DNA from: Alphaproteobacteria bacterium
Lineage (GTDB): Bacteria > Desulfobacterota > Binatia > UBA12015
Direction of reading: 5' to 3'
DNA: 52,170 nucleotides
Assembly (NCBI GenBank): GCA_017853315.1
Contig: JAFMJW010000005.1
Span: 1 to 52,170 of the forward strand
The number at the start of each line of letters is the position of its first letter. Position 1 is the first letter of the stretch. Below are positions 1 to 9,316 of this stretch, piece by piece. Both the position numbers and the translations under genes were made by a program. The notes under the pieces are model-generated. The model worked only from the letters and a program-made list of their open reading frames with translations, was not told the DNA's origin and searched no databases.

Positions 1-1195
1 CGACGGCCGCGGCGGCGGCCACGGGCTCGGCCTCGACCGCGCCGTAGAGGGTCGTGCGCTGCCGCGGCACCCGGCCCATCGAGCGTACGAGTCGCTCGAT
101 CTCCTCGGCGGAGGTGTACTCGCCGGCGTCGGCCCCGGCCTCGCGGGAGATGCTCTCCTCCATCAGGGTGCCGCCGAAGTCGTCGACACCGGCCGCGAGG
201 CTCAGCGCGGCGAGCTCGTGGCCGAGCTTCACCCACGAGGTCTGCAGGTGGGGGATCGAGCCGCGGAAGAAGACCCGCGAGGCCGCGTACATGCGGAGGT
301 CGGGCGCCCCCGAGGGCGTCGGCTCGACCAGTCCGCGCTGGTAGAGCGCGGTCTTCTCGTGGATGAAGCGCAGCGGCACGAACTCCGTGAAGCCGCCGGT
401 GTCGTCCTGGATGCGGCGCAGCAGGGCGAGGTGGGCCGCGACGTGACGGTCGGTCTCGACGTGGCCGTACATGACCGTGGACGTCGTGGGCAGGCCGATC
501 CGGTGCGCGGTCGTCACGATCTCGATCCAGGTCGCCGTGTCGACCTTCTTGTGGGAAAGGATCTCGCGGACCTCGTCGTCGAGGATCTCGGCGGCCGTGC
601 CGGGGACGCTGCCGAGGCCGGCGTCGCGCAGCATGGCGAGGTAGTCGCGGTAGGTCATGCTGGTGCGGCGCGCGCCGTACATGATCTCCATGGGCGAGAA
701 GGCGTGCACGTGGATGCGCGGGAACGCGCCCTTGATCGCGACGAGCATGTCCCGGTAGGTGAACGCGCCCATCTGCGGGTTGATCCCGCCCTGCATGCAG
801 ACCTCGGTCGCACCGCGATCGACGGCTTCGGCGACCTTGGCGAGCACCTCTTCGGTGCCGTGGTTGTAGGCGTCCTTCTCCCAGCGCTGGCGCTTGAAGG
901 CGCAGAACTGGCAGTTCACGAAGCAGACGTTCGTGAAGTTCACGTTGCGGTTGACGACGTAGGTGACGACGTCGCCCACGTCGTCGGCCCGGATGCGGTC
1001 GGCCGTCGCGACCAGGGCGCGCAGGTCCTCGCCCTGCGTGCGCAGGAGCCCGAGCAGAGCCTCTTCGTCGATGCGATCGCCGGCGAGCGCGGCCTCGAGC
1101 GTGCGTGCGACCGGCGGGCTCGCGGTCGCGATCCGGCGCTCGATCGGCGTCCCGTCGGGCAGCAGCGCGCGCACCTCGTCGCCGGGCGGCGTCAC
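1..1195 (-). CDS. cofH: FO synthase subunit CofH (radical SAM), 3' end runs off the window
   Basis: Manual translation from GTG at 1195 (GTGA overlap with cofG stop): ...VTYVVNRNVNFTNVCFVNCQFCAF (CxxxCxxC), ATEVCMQGG, HVHAFSPMEI, PGTAAEILDD, TTSTVMYGHVE, GGFTEFVPL, QTSWVKLG, DDFGGTLMEESISR, QRTTLY. Absent from the ORF track because it has no stop inside the window. Confidence 0.92.
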   Translation of the reverse strand, partial: MTPPGDEVRALLPDGTPIERRIATASPPVARTLEAALAGDRIDEEALLGLLRTQGEDLRALVATADRIRADDVGDVVTYVVNRNVNFTNVCFVNCQFCAFKRQRWEKDAYNHGTEEVLAKVAEAVDRGATEVCMQGGINPQMGAFTYRDMLVAIKGAFPRIHVHAFSPMEIMYGARRTSMTYRDYLAMLRDAGLGSVPGTAAEILDDEVREILSHKKVDTATWIEIVTTAHRIGLPTTSTVMYGHVETDRHVAAHLALLRRIQDDTGGFTEFVPLRFIHEKTALYQRGLVEPTPSGAPDLRMYAASRVFFRGSIPHLQTSWVKLGHELAALSLAAGVDDFGGTLMEESISREAGADAGEYTSAEEIERLVRSMGRVPRQRTTLYGAVEAEPVAAAAAV

Positions 1196-2391
1196 GGCCG
1201 GGCCTCCGCGTCGGCGGCGGGGGAGAGACGGGCCTGCCAGGCGTCGATCGCCTCCCGCATCTCCGGGGCGACGAACTCCGCCCGGGACGCGTATTCCGGG
1301 TAGATCGGCAGGCGCTCGGCGAGGCGATGGCCGTGGGCGGCGCAGCGCTTGGCGAGCGCGCCCAGGTGCGGCCAGGGCGCTTCCGGGTTCACGTAGTCGG
1401 GGGTGAGCGGCGAGATCCCGCCCAGGTCGTTGATGCCGGCGTCGAGCAGGGCTTCGAGCGCCTCGGGATCCGAGAGGTTCGGCGGGGCCTGGACGTTCAT
1501 CGACGGCCCGAGCAGGAGGCGCGTGACGGCGATGGTGCGCTGGAGGTCGAGGGCGTCGGGCTCGCCGGCCGTCGCCATCGGGATCTCCGGCTTCGCCCGG
1601 AAGTTCTGCACGATCACTTCCTGCACATGGCCGAAGCGGTCGTGCAAGTCGCCGATCGCGAGGATCGTGTCGACGCGCTCCTCCGGGGTCTCGCCGATCC
1701 CGAGGAGCAGTCCGGTGGTGAACGGGATGTTCTGCTCGCCCGCGTCGCGCAGGACGCGGAGCCGGGCTTCGGGATCCTTGTCCGGTGCGTACCAGTGCAC
1801 CTGCCCGCGGGCGCGGAGCCGCGGGCTCGTCGACTCCAGCATGAGGCCGAGGCTCGCGTTCAGCGGTCGCAGCAGCGCGAGGTCCTCCGGCGTCATGAGG
1901 CCCGGGTTCGAGTGCGGCAGGAGCCCCTCGTCGAGGGCGACCCGGCTGCACCGCGCGACGTAGGCGATGGTCGAGGCGTGGCCCGCCTCCGCGAGCCAGC
2001 GGCGATATCCGGCGAAGGCGGCCTCGGGCTTGTCGCCGAGGCAGAGCAGGGCCTCGCAGCAGCCGAGCCCGCGCGCGCGCACGGACCAGGCGGCGACCTC
2101 CTCGAGCGTCATCGTCCAGGCGCCTTCCTCGCCCTCGTCGCGCCGGAAGGTGCAGTAGGCGCACCGGTCCCGGCAGAGGTTCGTCACCGGGAAGAACGCC
2201 TTGCGCGAATAGGTGACGACGCGTCCCTTGCCCATGTCGCGCAGGTCGCGGGCGCGGGTGAGCAGGTCGTCGACCTCGTCTCCCTGCGCCGACAGGGCCC
2301 GGATCGCCTCGTCGCGACTCGGGGGACGCCACGCATCGCGAGCCGAGGTTCCGATCGTGGTGCCGGCGACGTCCAGCGCTTGCGTCCTCAT
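1192..2391 (-). CDS. cofG: 7,8-didemethyl-8-hydroxy-5-deazariboflavin (FO) synthase subunit CofG (radical SAM)
   Basis: VVTYSRKAFFPVTNLCRDRCAYCTF, EALLCLGDKPE, GLLPHSNPG, SLGLMLES, FTTGLLLGIGET, HVQEVIVQNF, VQAPPNL, DLGGISPLTPDYVNPEAPWP, ERLPIYP. Confidence 0.93.
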   Translation of the reverse strand: MRTQALDVAGTTIGTSARDAWRPPSRDEAIRALSAQGDEVDDLLTRARDLRDMGKGRVVTYSRKAFFPVTNLCRDRCAYCTFRRDEGEEGAWTMTLEEVAAWSVRARGLGCCEALLCLGDKPEAAFAGYRRWLAEAGHASTIAYVARCSRVALDEGLLPHSNPGLMTPEDLALLRPLNASLGLMLESTSPRLRARGQVHWYAPDKDPEARLRVLRDAGEQNIPFTTGLLLGIGETPEERVDTILAIGDLHDRFGHVQEVIVQNFRAKPEIPMATAGEPDALDLQRTIAVTRLLLGPSMNVQAPPNLSDPEALEALLDAGINDLGGISPLTPDYVNPEAPWPHLGALAKRCAAHGHRLAERLPIYPEYASRAEFVAPEMREAIDAWQARLSPAADAEARP

Positions 2392-2454
2392 GGGGATTTC
2401 GTCGCGTCGGCGGCGGCTGCCGGTCGCCGTGCCGCGGCGCGCCCGCCCACTCGC

Positions 2455-2483
2455 GACCTAGAGGAGGGTCGGGGGGCAGTCAA
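2455..2483 (-). promoter_or_regulatory. Putative sigma70-type promoter for cofG-cofH
   Basis: Minus strand TTGACT-17nt-TAGGTC; the -35 overlaps the stop codon of the upstream hypothetical gene. Confidence 0.5.
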
Positions 2484-3190
2484 CCGACCGCGGGCGCGGT
2501 CGCCGGATCCAACGGATCGAGGGAGGCAGGGGCGCCGACGGCCCGGGCCGGTGCAGGGCGGTTCCTCGTCGGGGGGCCGAGGGCGAGGGCGAGCTGGACG
2601 GGCGGGGTCCGAAGCTCCCGCCCGGCGAGGGTACCGGACTCCACCGGATCGGGGGCGGTCCGATCTTCGAAGTCGTCCCGGCGCCGCGGCTCCGGACGCC
2701 CCGCGTCCGGGCCCGCTGCCGGGGCGGCGGGGGCGAGCCCGGCGAGGGGAAGCCTCGCCGCGAAGGCCTGCAGGTAGAGCGTCCACTCGGAGAGGTCGCG
2801 CGTCGCGCCGTCGGAACGCTCGAGCGCGAGGTCGACCAGCGAGCGCAGCTGCCCGGGGTCGAGTCGGGGACCCGCCGCCGCGTGTCCGGGCAGGATGCGC
2901 CACCCGAGCGGCCCGTCGGGCTGCTCGCGGGCTCCCCGCGCGAGCGCGCGAAGCGCGGGGTCGGCCTCGCATCGCACCGGGATCGTCGTGGTGGCGAGCG
3001 GCTCCGACGCCGGGAGGTCGGTCGTGGCCTCGCCGCAGGGGGCCCAGCGGCGCAGGCGGCAGGACGTGTGCCGCTCGGAGAATGCCCGCTCGTCGCGTTC
3101 GAGTTCGAGCGCCAGCTCCGAGTCGCGGCGCAGGACGGAGCCGAGGACGCGAAGCGTCTCGCCGCAGTCGGTGCACTCGAGGAACGTCAT
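2480..3190 (-). CDS. Hypothetical protein with N-terminal CxxC...HxxC (possible Zn site)
   Basis: ATG at 3190, 7 nt after the upstream stop; MTFLECTDCGE...FSERHTSC; 236 aa with a Pro/Ala-rich C-terminal part. Confidence 0.6.
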   Translation of the reverse strand: MTFLECTDCGETLRVLGSVLRRDSELALELERDERAFSERHTSCRLRRWAPCGEATTDLPASEPLATTTIPVRCEADPALRALARGAREQPDGPLGWRILPGHAAAGPRLDPGQLRSLVDLALERSDGATRDLSEWTLYLQAFAARLPLAGLAPAAPAAGPDAGRPEPRRRDDFEDRTAPDPVESGTLAGRELRTPPVQLALALGPPTRNRPAPARAVGAPASLDPLDPATAPAVG

Positions 3191-3197
3191 GCCCGGA

Positions 3198-4292
3198 TCA
3201 CCCCCCGAGCCCGGCGACACGACGGCGAGCGGTCGCCGCCTCTTCCTCCGGCCGGATCGGTTTCCGGTCGCTCCACCGCACGCGCACGACCGGGCCGTGG
3301 CCGCTCGGGCGCGGGCGCTCGATCCTCGCGCCGAGCGCGGAGGCGGCGCGCTCGAGCACGTCGCCTCCGCCCCACGGGCCCGCTTCCGCGTCGGCCGGCG
3401 ACCCGATCGCCGCATCCTCGGCGCCGCGGGCCTCGAGGTCGATCGCCCACTCGTCGTGACGAAGGGCGCTCGCCCGCACCCGGATCGCGGCCCCGGGGCG
3501 GCGTGCGAGGAGTTCGAACGCGAGCACGCCCATGAGCCGCCCGAGTGCGGCCGCGTCGGCCCGGGCGACGAGTCCCGGGGGAATCTCGACGTCGACGTGG
3601 CCGCCGGTGCGGATCGCCTCGTCGCGAACGGGCGCGAGCCACGACGCGATCCATGCCGCCACGTCGAGCGGCCCCGGTCTCGGTGCGAGGCGTCCGCCCT
3701 CGCTCTCGGCGAGGAAGAGCAGGCCTTCGAGGTAGGAGAGCAGGCGGGCCGAGCAGCGCCGGATCCGGTCGAGCGCCTCGCGGTGCGAGCCGTCGAGCCG
3801 CTCCCCGGCCTCTTCGTCGAGGATCTCGCTGTAGCCGACGATGGCGTGCAGCGGGGTGCGGAACTCGTGCGAGAGGTTCCCGAGCAGGTGCCCGCGGATC
3901 TCGCTCGCGCGGCGCCGGGCCGCGCGAGCAGCGAGCGCGCCCCGGACCGAGGCCAGGACCGACGGTCCGTGAAACGGCTTCGCGATGTAGTCGCGGGCGC
4001 CCAGCCGCAGGCAATCGACCGCGGTCTCGAGGGTGCCGTGTCCCGTGACCACGAGCGCCTCCACGTCGATTCCCCCGTCGCGGATCGCGCGGAGGGCCTC
4101 GGTCCCCGAGAGGTCGCGCGGCATCGTCAGGTCGAGCAGGACGACGTCGAACGCGTCCTCGCGGAGCAGCCGCAGCGCGTCGGTGGCGCGACCCGTCGTG
4201 GTCACCCGGTACTCGGGCTTGAGCAGCATCCGCAGCGACTCCCGGGGCCCGGGCTCGTCGTCGACGACGAGGATGCTGCTCGGCTCGCGCAT
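3198..4292 (-). CDS. Hybrid REC-HisKA protein with degenerate HATPase domain
   Basis: REC: ILVVDDE, VLLDLTMP, VVTGHG, YIAKPF; H-box NLSHEFRTPLHAIVGYSEIL; the C-terminal region lacks N, G1 and G2 boxes. Confidence 0.85.
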   Translation of the reverse strand: MREPSSILVVDDEPGPRESLRMLLKPEYRVTTTGRATDALRLLREDAFDVVLLDLTMPRDLSGTEALRAIRDGGIDVEALVVTGHGTLETAVDCLRLGARDYIAKPFHGPSVLASVRGALAARAARRRASEIRGHLLGNLSHEFRTPLHAIVGYSEILDEEAGERLDGSHREALDRIRRCSARLLSYLEGLLFLAESEGGRLAPRPGPLDVAAWIASWLAPVRDEAIRTGGHVDVEIPPGLVARADAAALGRLMGVLAFELLARRPGAAIRVRASALRHDEWAIDLEARGAEDAAIGSPADAEAGPWGGGDVLERAASALGARIERPRPSGHGPVVRVRWSDRKPIRPEEEAATARRRVAGLGG

Positions 4293-4306
4293 GCGCGCGT
4301 GTGCGA

Positions 4307-4322
4307 TGCACCCGGCGTGCCA
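4307..4322 (-). promoter_or_regulatory. Sigma54 (-24/-12) promoter
   Basis: Minus strand TGGCACGCCGGGTGCA matches TGGCAC-N5-(T)TGC(A/T), GG-N10-GC, and lies just upstream of the REC-HisKA ATG at 4292. Confidence 0.8.
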
Positions 4323-4414
4323 CGACGGCCTCGCGCGGCGTCGCGCGATCGACGCCCGTCGGCCGCGGTCTTCGCCGCATCGCGAAGCCGGGGTCGCTCT
4401 CGCGTTGCTGCACG

Positions 4415-4448
4415 ACGTTCGCGAATGAACGTACGTTTCCGTGCACGG
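4415..4448. promoter_or_regulatory. Candidate upstream activator sequence for the 4307-4322 sigma54 promoter
   Basis: ACGTTC-N6-GAACGT (4415-4432) and CCGTGCACGG (4439-4448) palindromes about 120-150 nt upstream of the predicted start site, in an AT-richer patch. Confidence 0.4.
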
Positions 4449-4511
4449 CGCGGACGCCAGCGCACCTGCGCGGTCCGCGCGTCCGGGCGAAGCGACGGGG
4501 GCGGGCGGGGA

Positions 4512-5930
4512 TCAGGACGGCCGGTCGGGGATGCCGAGCTTGTCCATGCGGTACTTCAGGATGCGTCTCGTCGTGCCGAGCCGCTCCGCGGTGCGCGTCT
4601 GGTTCCAGTCGCAGCGGGCGAGCGCCTCGCGGAGGATGGCCCGCTCGAAGTCGTCCACGGCCTCGGAGAGCGATCGCTCTCCGCGCAGCACCGCCTCGCC
4701 GCGATCGTCGTGTCGCGGCATGGCACTCGTCCGCATCGGCTCGGGGAGCTCCTCGGGGCGCACCGGCCCGCCCGTGCCGAGGATGAACAGCCGCTCGACC
4801 AGGTTCTCGAGCTCGCGGACGTTGCCCGGCCAGCGGTAGCGCTCGAGCACGGCCACCGCCTCGGGCGAGAACGGGCGCTCGACCACCCCGAGCTCGCCCG
4901 CCTTCTCGCGCGCGAAGTGGCGCAGGAGCAGCGGAATGTCCTCGCGGCGCGCGCGCAGCGGCGGGAGCGCGAGCGAGACGACCGCGAGGCGGTAGAAGAG
5001 GTCCCCGCGGAAGGCTCCCTCGGCGACCGCCTGCTCGAGGTCGCGGTTGGTCGCCGCGACGATCCGGACGTCGACCGAGACGGGCTTGGTGCCACCCACG
5101 CGCATGAGTTCGCCGGTCTCGATCACCCGCAGCATCTTCGCCTGGAGGGCCGGGTGCATCTCGCCGATCTCGTCGAGGAAGATCGTCGAGCCGTGGGCGA
5201 GCTCGAAGTGCCCCACCTTGCGGGCGTCCGCGCCGGTGAAAGCACCGCGCTCGTGGCCGAAGAGCTCGCTCTCGAGCAGGTTCTCGGGGATGGCGGCGCA
5301 GTTGATGGCGGTCATCGGGAGCGCCGATCGCGGGCTCTGGTGGTGGAGCGCGCGTGCGATGAGCTCCTTGCCGGTCCCGCTCTCGCCGGTCACGAGCACC
5401 GTGGTCCTCTGCGGGGCCACCATCGCGACGGTGCGGAAGATCGGCTGCATCGCGGCGCTGCGGCCCACGATGTTGCCGAGCTGGTAGCGCCGTCCGACCT
5501 CCGCCCGCAGCTCCTCGACCTCGCGCTGCAGGGCCGCGGTCCGGCTCGCGTTGTGGACGACGGCCCGCAGCTCGTCGAGGTCGAAGGGCTTCTGCACGTA
5601 GTCGAACGCGCCGAGCTTCATCGCGGTCACGGCGGTCTTGAGCGTGCGCGTCGCCGTGAGCATGACGACCGGCAGCTCCGGGTGCCGGCCGCGCAGCCGC
5701 TCGAGCACCGCGAGGCCGTCCATCCCCGGCATCAGGATGTCGAGGAGCACGACGTCGGGGCGCGCCTCGGCGGCGAGCGCGAGCGCGCGTTCGCCGTTCT
5801 CGGCCTGCACGACCTCGAAGCCGTCGCGCAGCACGAGGCGCAGCGACTCGCGCACGCCGAGCTCGTCGTCGACGACGAGCACGCGCGGGCGTCGCGGGCC
5901 GCCCTCTTCAGGCGTCGCGTCGGAGGCCAT
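4512..5930 (-). CDS. NtrC/AtoC-family sigma54-dependent response regulator (REC-AAA+-Fis HTH)
   Basis: REC (VVDDE, LLDILMP, MLTA, QKPF); GESGTGKE; ESELFGHERGAFTGA; FLDEIGE; DLFYRL; WPGNVREL; HTH WNQTRTAERLGTTRRILKYRM. Confidence 0.95.
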   Translation of the reverse strand: MASDATPEEGGPRRPRVLVVDDELGVRESLRLVLRDGFEVVQAENGERALALAAEARPDVVLLDILMPGMDGLAVLERLRGRHPELPVVMLTATRTLKTAVTAMKLGAFDYVQKPFDLDELRAVVHNASRTAALQREVEELRAEVGRRYQLGNIVGRSAAMQPIFRTVAMVAPQRTTVLVTGESGTGKELIARALHHQSPRSALPMTAINCAAIPENLLESELFGHERGAFTGADARKVGHFELAHGSTIFLDEIGEMHPALQAKMLRVIETGELMRVGGTKPVSVDVRIVAATNRDLEQAVAEGAFRGDLFYRLAVVSLALPPLRARREDIPLLLRHFAREKAGELGVVERPFSPEAVAVLERYRWPGNVRELENLVERLFILGTGGPVRPEELPEPMRTSAMPRHDDRGEAVLRGERSLSEAVDDFERAILREALARCDWNQTRTAERLGTTRRILKYRMDKLGIPDRPS

Positions 5931-7359
5931 CTCGTCCGGCGTGGCGTTGGCCGGCCCGCGCGGCGGGACGTGCCGCCTCGGCCCCGGGGAAGCGGATCTC
6001 GACGAGCCGCCGCCCGTCCTCCTCGCGCGAGACGAGCGAGGCGCCGCCGTGGGCGAGCGCGCCGCGGGCCAGCAGCAGGGGCAGCGGGAGGTCGTCGTCG
6101 AGCCCGGTCACGCCGCGCAGGTGGCTCGTCGCGCCGGCTTCCGGGAGCCGGAGGGAGAGCGCGTCGCCGTGGACCAGGACCGCGAGCGTCCCCTGCGGTT
6201 CGATCGTCTCGACGACGTGGCGGGCGACGGCGCCCAGCGCGGCCCGCAAACGTGGCTCGTCCGCGACCGCGACCAGCCGCGCGCCCGGCTCGACGTCGAG
6301 CGAGCAGTCGTTGCCGGCGCGGGCCGCCTGCGCCTCGGAGAGTGCGTCGCGCAGCACCGCAACGACCTCGATCGTGTCGGGATCCGGCGGCGCGAACCGG
6401 GAGAACGCGAGGATGTCCTCCAGCGTGTCGTCCATCCGGGTGATCGCTTCCTCGGTCAGGTCGCGGAAGCGCGCGAGGTCGGCGGGGTCGCTCGCGAGCT
6501 GGGCGACGCTCTGCACGAAGGTTCGCACGGTGACGAGCGGGTTCTTGATGCGATGGGCGAGTTCGACGGCGATCGCCTCGCTGCCCACGCCGGCGACCGC
6601 CCCGGTGCCGTCCGAAGCCCGCTCCCCCGCGGGATCGTCGCGGCGCGCTTCTCTCGCGAGGCGTGTCGCTTCACGCGCGCTCGCCGTCCCGGCGACCGGC
6701 GCCCAGCGAAGGTCGTCCGCGTCGACCAGCGGGCCCTCGACCTCGACCAGCGTGCGAGCGAGCACCCCGTCGAGCTCCGCCGCGTCACCCGGCCAGTCGT
6801 GGTCGAGCAGCGCATCGAGCGCCGCGGAAGAGAGGGCCGGGGCCTCGCGTCCGAGGTCCGCCGCGAGGGCGGCGACCCGGGCGCGCGCGATCTCGGCGAG
6901 GTCCGAGCCGGCGCGCGCGAGCGACGGCGTGCGCACCGTGATCGTGGTGACGAGCGCCCAGAGTTCCGGGCGAAGAGTCTCGCGCAGCGCGTCCACGTCC
7001 GCGAGGCTCGCCGAGACGAGGCGCGGTCCGTCGACGCCGCCGTCGAGCAGCCGCAGGAGCGCGGCCTGGGCGTCGTCGTCGAGACGATCGATGCCGTCCA
7101 CGGCGAGCGTGCAGCGCGGCGACGTCGCGGCGCGGATCAGGCCGGCCAGGAGTCCGTCCCTCGAGCCGAGGAGGTCGACCTGCACCAGGCGGTCGCGGCG
7201 ACTCGCCGTGTGGATCGAGGCCGCGATGCGGTCGAAGGCCGGGCCGCAGCAGTCGAGGCAGAGCACCGGAAGAGAGGAGGGCGCGACCCTCTCGAGGGTG
7301 CGGGCCGCTGCAGGCGGGAGGAGCCGCTGGGCCGGGAGGCTCTGGCGACGGGCGTTCAT
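5908..7359 (-). CDS. Fusion of a degenerate sigma54-activator AAA+ domain with HisKA and a degenerate HATPase
   Basis: ATG at 7359 (ATGA overlap). SSLPVL, TLAVDGIDRLDDDAQAALLRLL, PRLVSAS, LSSAALDALLDHDWPGDAAELDGVLAR (bEBP scaffold with no Walker A or GAFTGA), then ELAHRIKNPLVTVRTF...EEAITRMDDTLEDILAFSR (DHp). Confidence 0.8.
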   Translation of the reverse strand: MNARRQSLPAQRLLPPAAARTLERVAPSSLPVLCLDCCGPAFDRIAASIHTASRRDRLVQVDLLGSRDGLLAGLIRAATSPRCTLAVDGIDRLDDDAQAALLRLLDGGVDGPRLVSASLADVDALRETLRPELWALVTTITVRTPSLARAGSDLAEIARARVAALAADLGREAPALSSAALDALLDHDWPGDAAELDGVLARTLVEVEGPLVDADDLRWAPVAGTASAREATRLAREARRDDPAGERASDGTGAVAGVGSEAIAVELAHRIKNPLVTVRTFVQSVAQLASDPADLARFRDLTEEAITRMDDTLEDILAFSRFAPPDPDTIEVVAVLRDALSEAQAARAGNDCSLDVEPGARLVAVADEPRLRAALGAVARHVVETIEPQGTLAVLVHGDALSLRLPEAGATSHLRGVTGLDDDLPLPLLLARGALAHGGASLVSREEDGRRLVEIRFPGAEAARPAARAGQRHAGRDGLRRDA

Positions 7360-7724
7360 GGCCTGCTTCCGACGGAGCCCGAGTCCGGGGCCCGCGAGAC
7401 CGCGGGATCGTTGCGACGGGCGCGGACCGCGCCGAAGGCGGCGAGGACGATGCCGGTCGCGACCAGCAGGCGACCGCCGGTCGCGACCACGTGGTAGAAG
7501 TCCTGCCGGACGCGGGCGATCTCGACGTCGGCATCGACGGCGGCTTCGCGCGCGCGCGTCCGCGCCCGGTGGATCGGCGGTTGCGAGATCCCGGTCTCGG
7601 CGATGTCGCGCAGTCGCATCGTGCCGGTCGCCCAGTTGCCGAGCCCGAGCGCGATGAGCCCGAGGCCCGCGACCAGGAGGTGGTTGCGGTACCACGCGCT
7701 GCGCGGGGGCGAGGTCTCGGGCAC
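7356..7724 (-). CDS. Small two-TM membrane protein, hypothetical
   Basis: Hydrophobic segments [16 protein letters not shown] and [15 protein letters not shown] flank a ~50 aa loop; the stop overlaps the next ATG. Confidence 0.7.
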   Translation of the reverse strand: MPETSPPRSAWYRNHLLVAGLGLIALGLGNWATGTMRLRDIAETGISQPPIHRARTRAREAAVDADVEIARVRQDFYHVVATGGRLLVATGIVLAAFGAVRARRNDPAVSRAPDSGSVGSRP

Positions 7725-7851
7725 GACGGCATCTCACCCATTCCGGGCCCGGGTTGCAACCCGGGGTTGCCCCGGAGGACGTCACGCTTCGCGTCGCGGG
7801 CGGTCGCGTTGCACGCACGTCTGCGCGGACGGCAACCGGACGCGCGCGCGC

Positions 7852-7867
7852 TGGCCTCCTCCTTGCT
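7852..7867 (+). promoter_or_regulatory. Sigma54 (-24/-12) promoter
   Basis: TGGCCTCCTCCTTGCT: TGGC...TTGCT with exact GG-N10-GC spacing; palindrome GGGTTGCAACCC at 7751-7762 lies ~120 nt upstream of the predicted start. Confidence 0.7.
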
Positions 7868-7877
7868 CCGGCGAGGG

Positions 7878-7980
7878 ATCGAGGGGGGCGGCGGCGCGAC
7901 GCGTGGTGCGTCGCGTTGCCGCCCGGGGGAGCGGGCGGGCCGGCTGCGAAAGCGTGTCGGTCCGCCCGACTTCGTCTTCG
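7878..7980 (+). ncRNA. Candidate sigma54-dependent small RNA or structured leader with two long hairpins
   Basis: Starts at the predicted +1 of the sigma54 promoter. 17-bp stem 7886-7924 (2 G-U pairs); 16-bp stem 7932-7968 (3 G-U pairs, 1 bulge, GAAA tetraloop); followed by ACTTCGTCTTCG. Confidence 0.5.
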
Positions 7981-8089
7981 CGCCGGCCTTCCCGAGTCTC
8001 GTTATGCGTGCCCGGGCATCGATCCCGGCCTCGCCTCGCTGCTAAGTCGTCGCTTCGGAGCGTCGACGAGGGCGCGGAGGGGGGCGGAG

Positions 8090-9229
<1,140 letters not shown>

Positions 9230-9281
9230 ACCGACCTCTCGCGGCGGCGCCTCGCAGACGCGACCAGATCCCGTCGCGCGG

Positions 9282-9310
9282 TTGCGACGCAACGGGCCGC
9301 TCTGTATCGC
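9282..9310 (+). promoter_or_regulatory. Putative sigma70-type promoter giving a leaderless lipB mRNA
   Basis: TTGCGA-17nt-TATCGC, then 6 nt, then the GTG start; no SD; the -35 lies within a GTTGC-N3-GCAAC palindrome. Confidence 0.5.
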
Positions 9311-9316
9311 TCGCGC

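Noticed and set aside
2388-2450. 20-aa uORF whose stop overlaps the cofG ATG
   Set aside because: No SD, does not match the predicted TSS and has no informative composition; likely chance.
7878-7980. Possible c-di-GMP-I (GEMM) riboswitch because of the GAAA tetraloop
   Set aside because: The GGCAAAC/GACGCAAAGC-type conserved segments and tetraloop receptor are not visible; kept as an unknown RNA.
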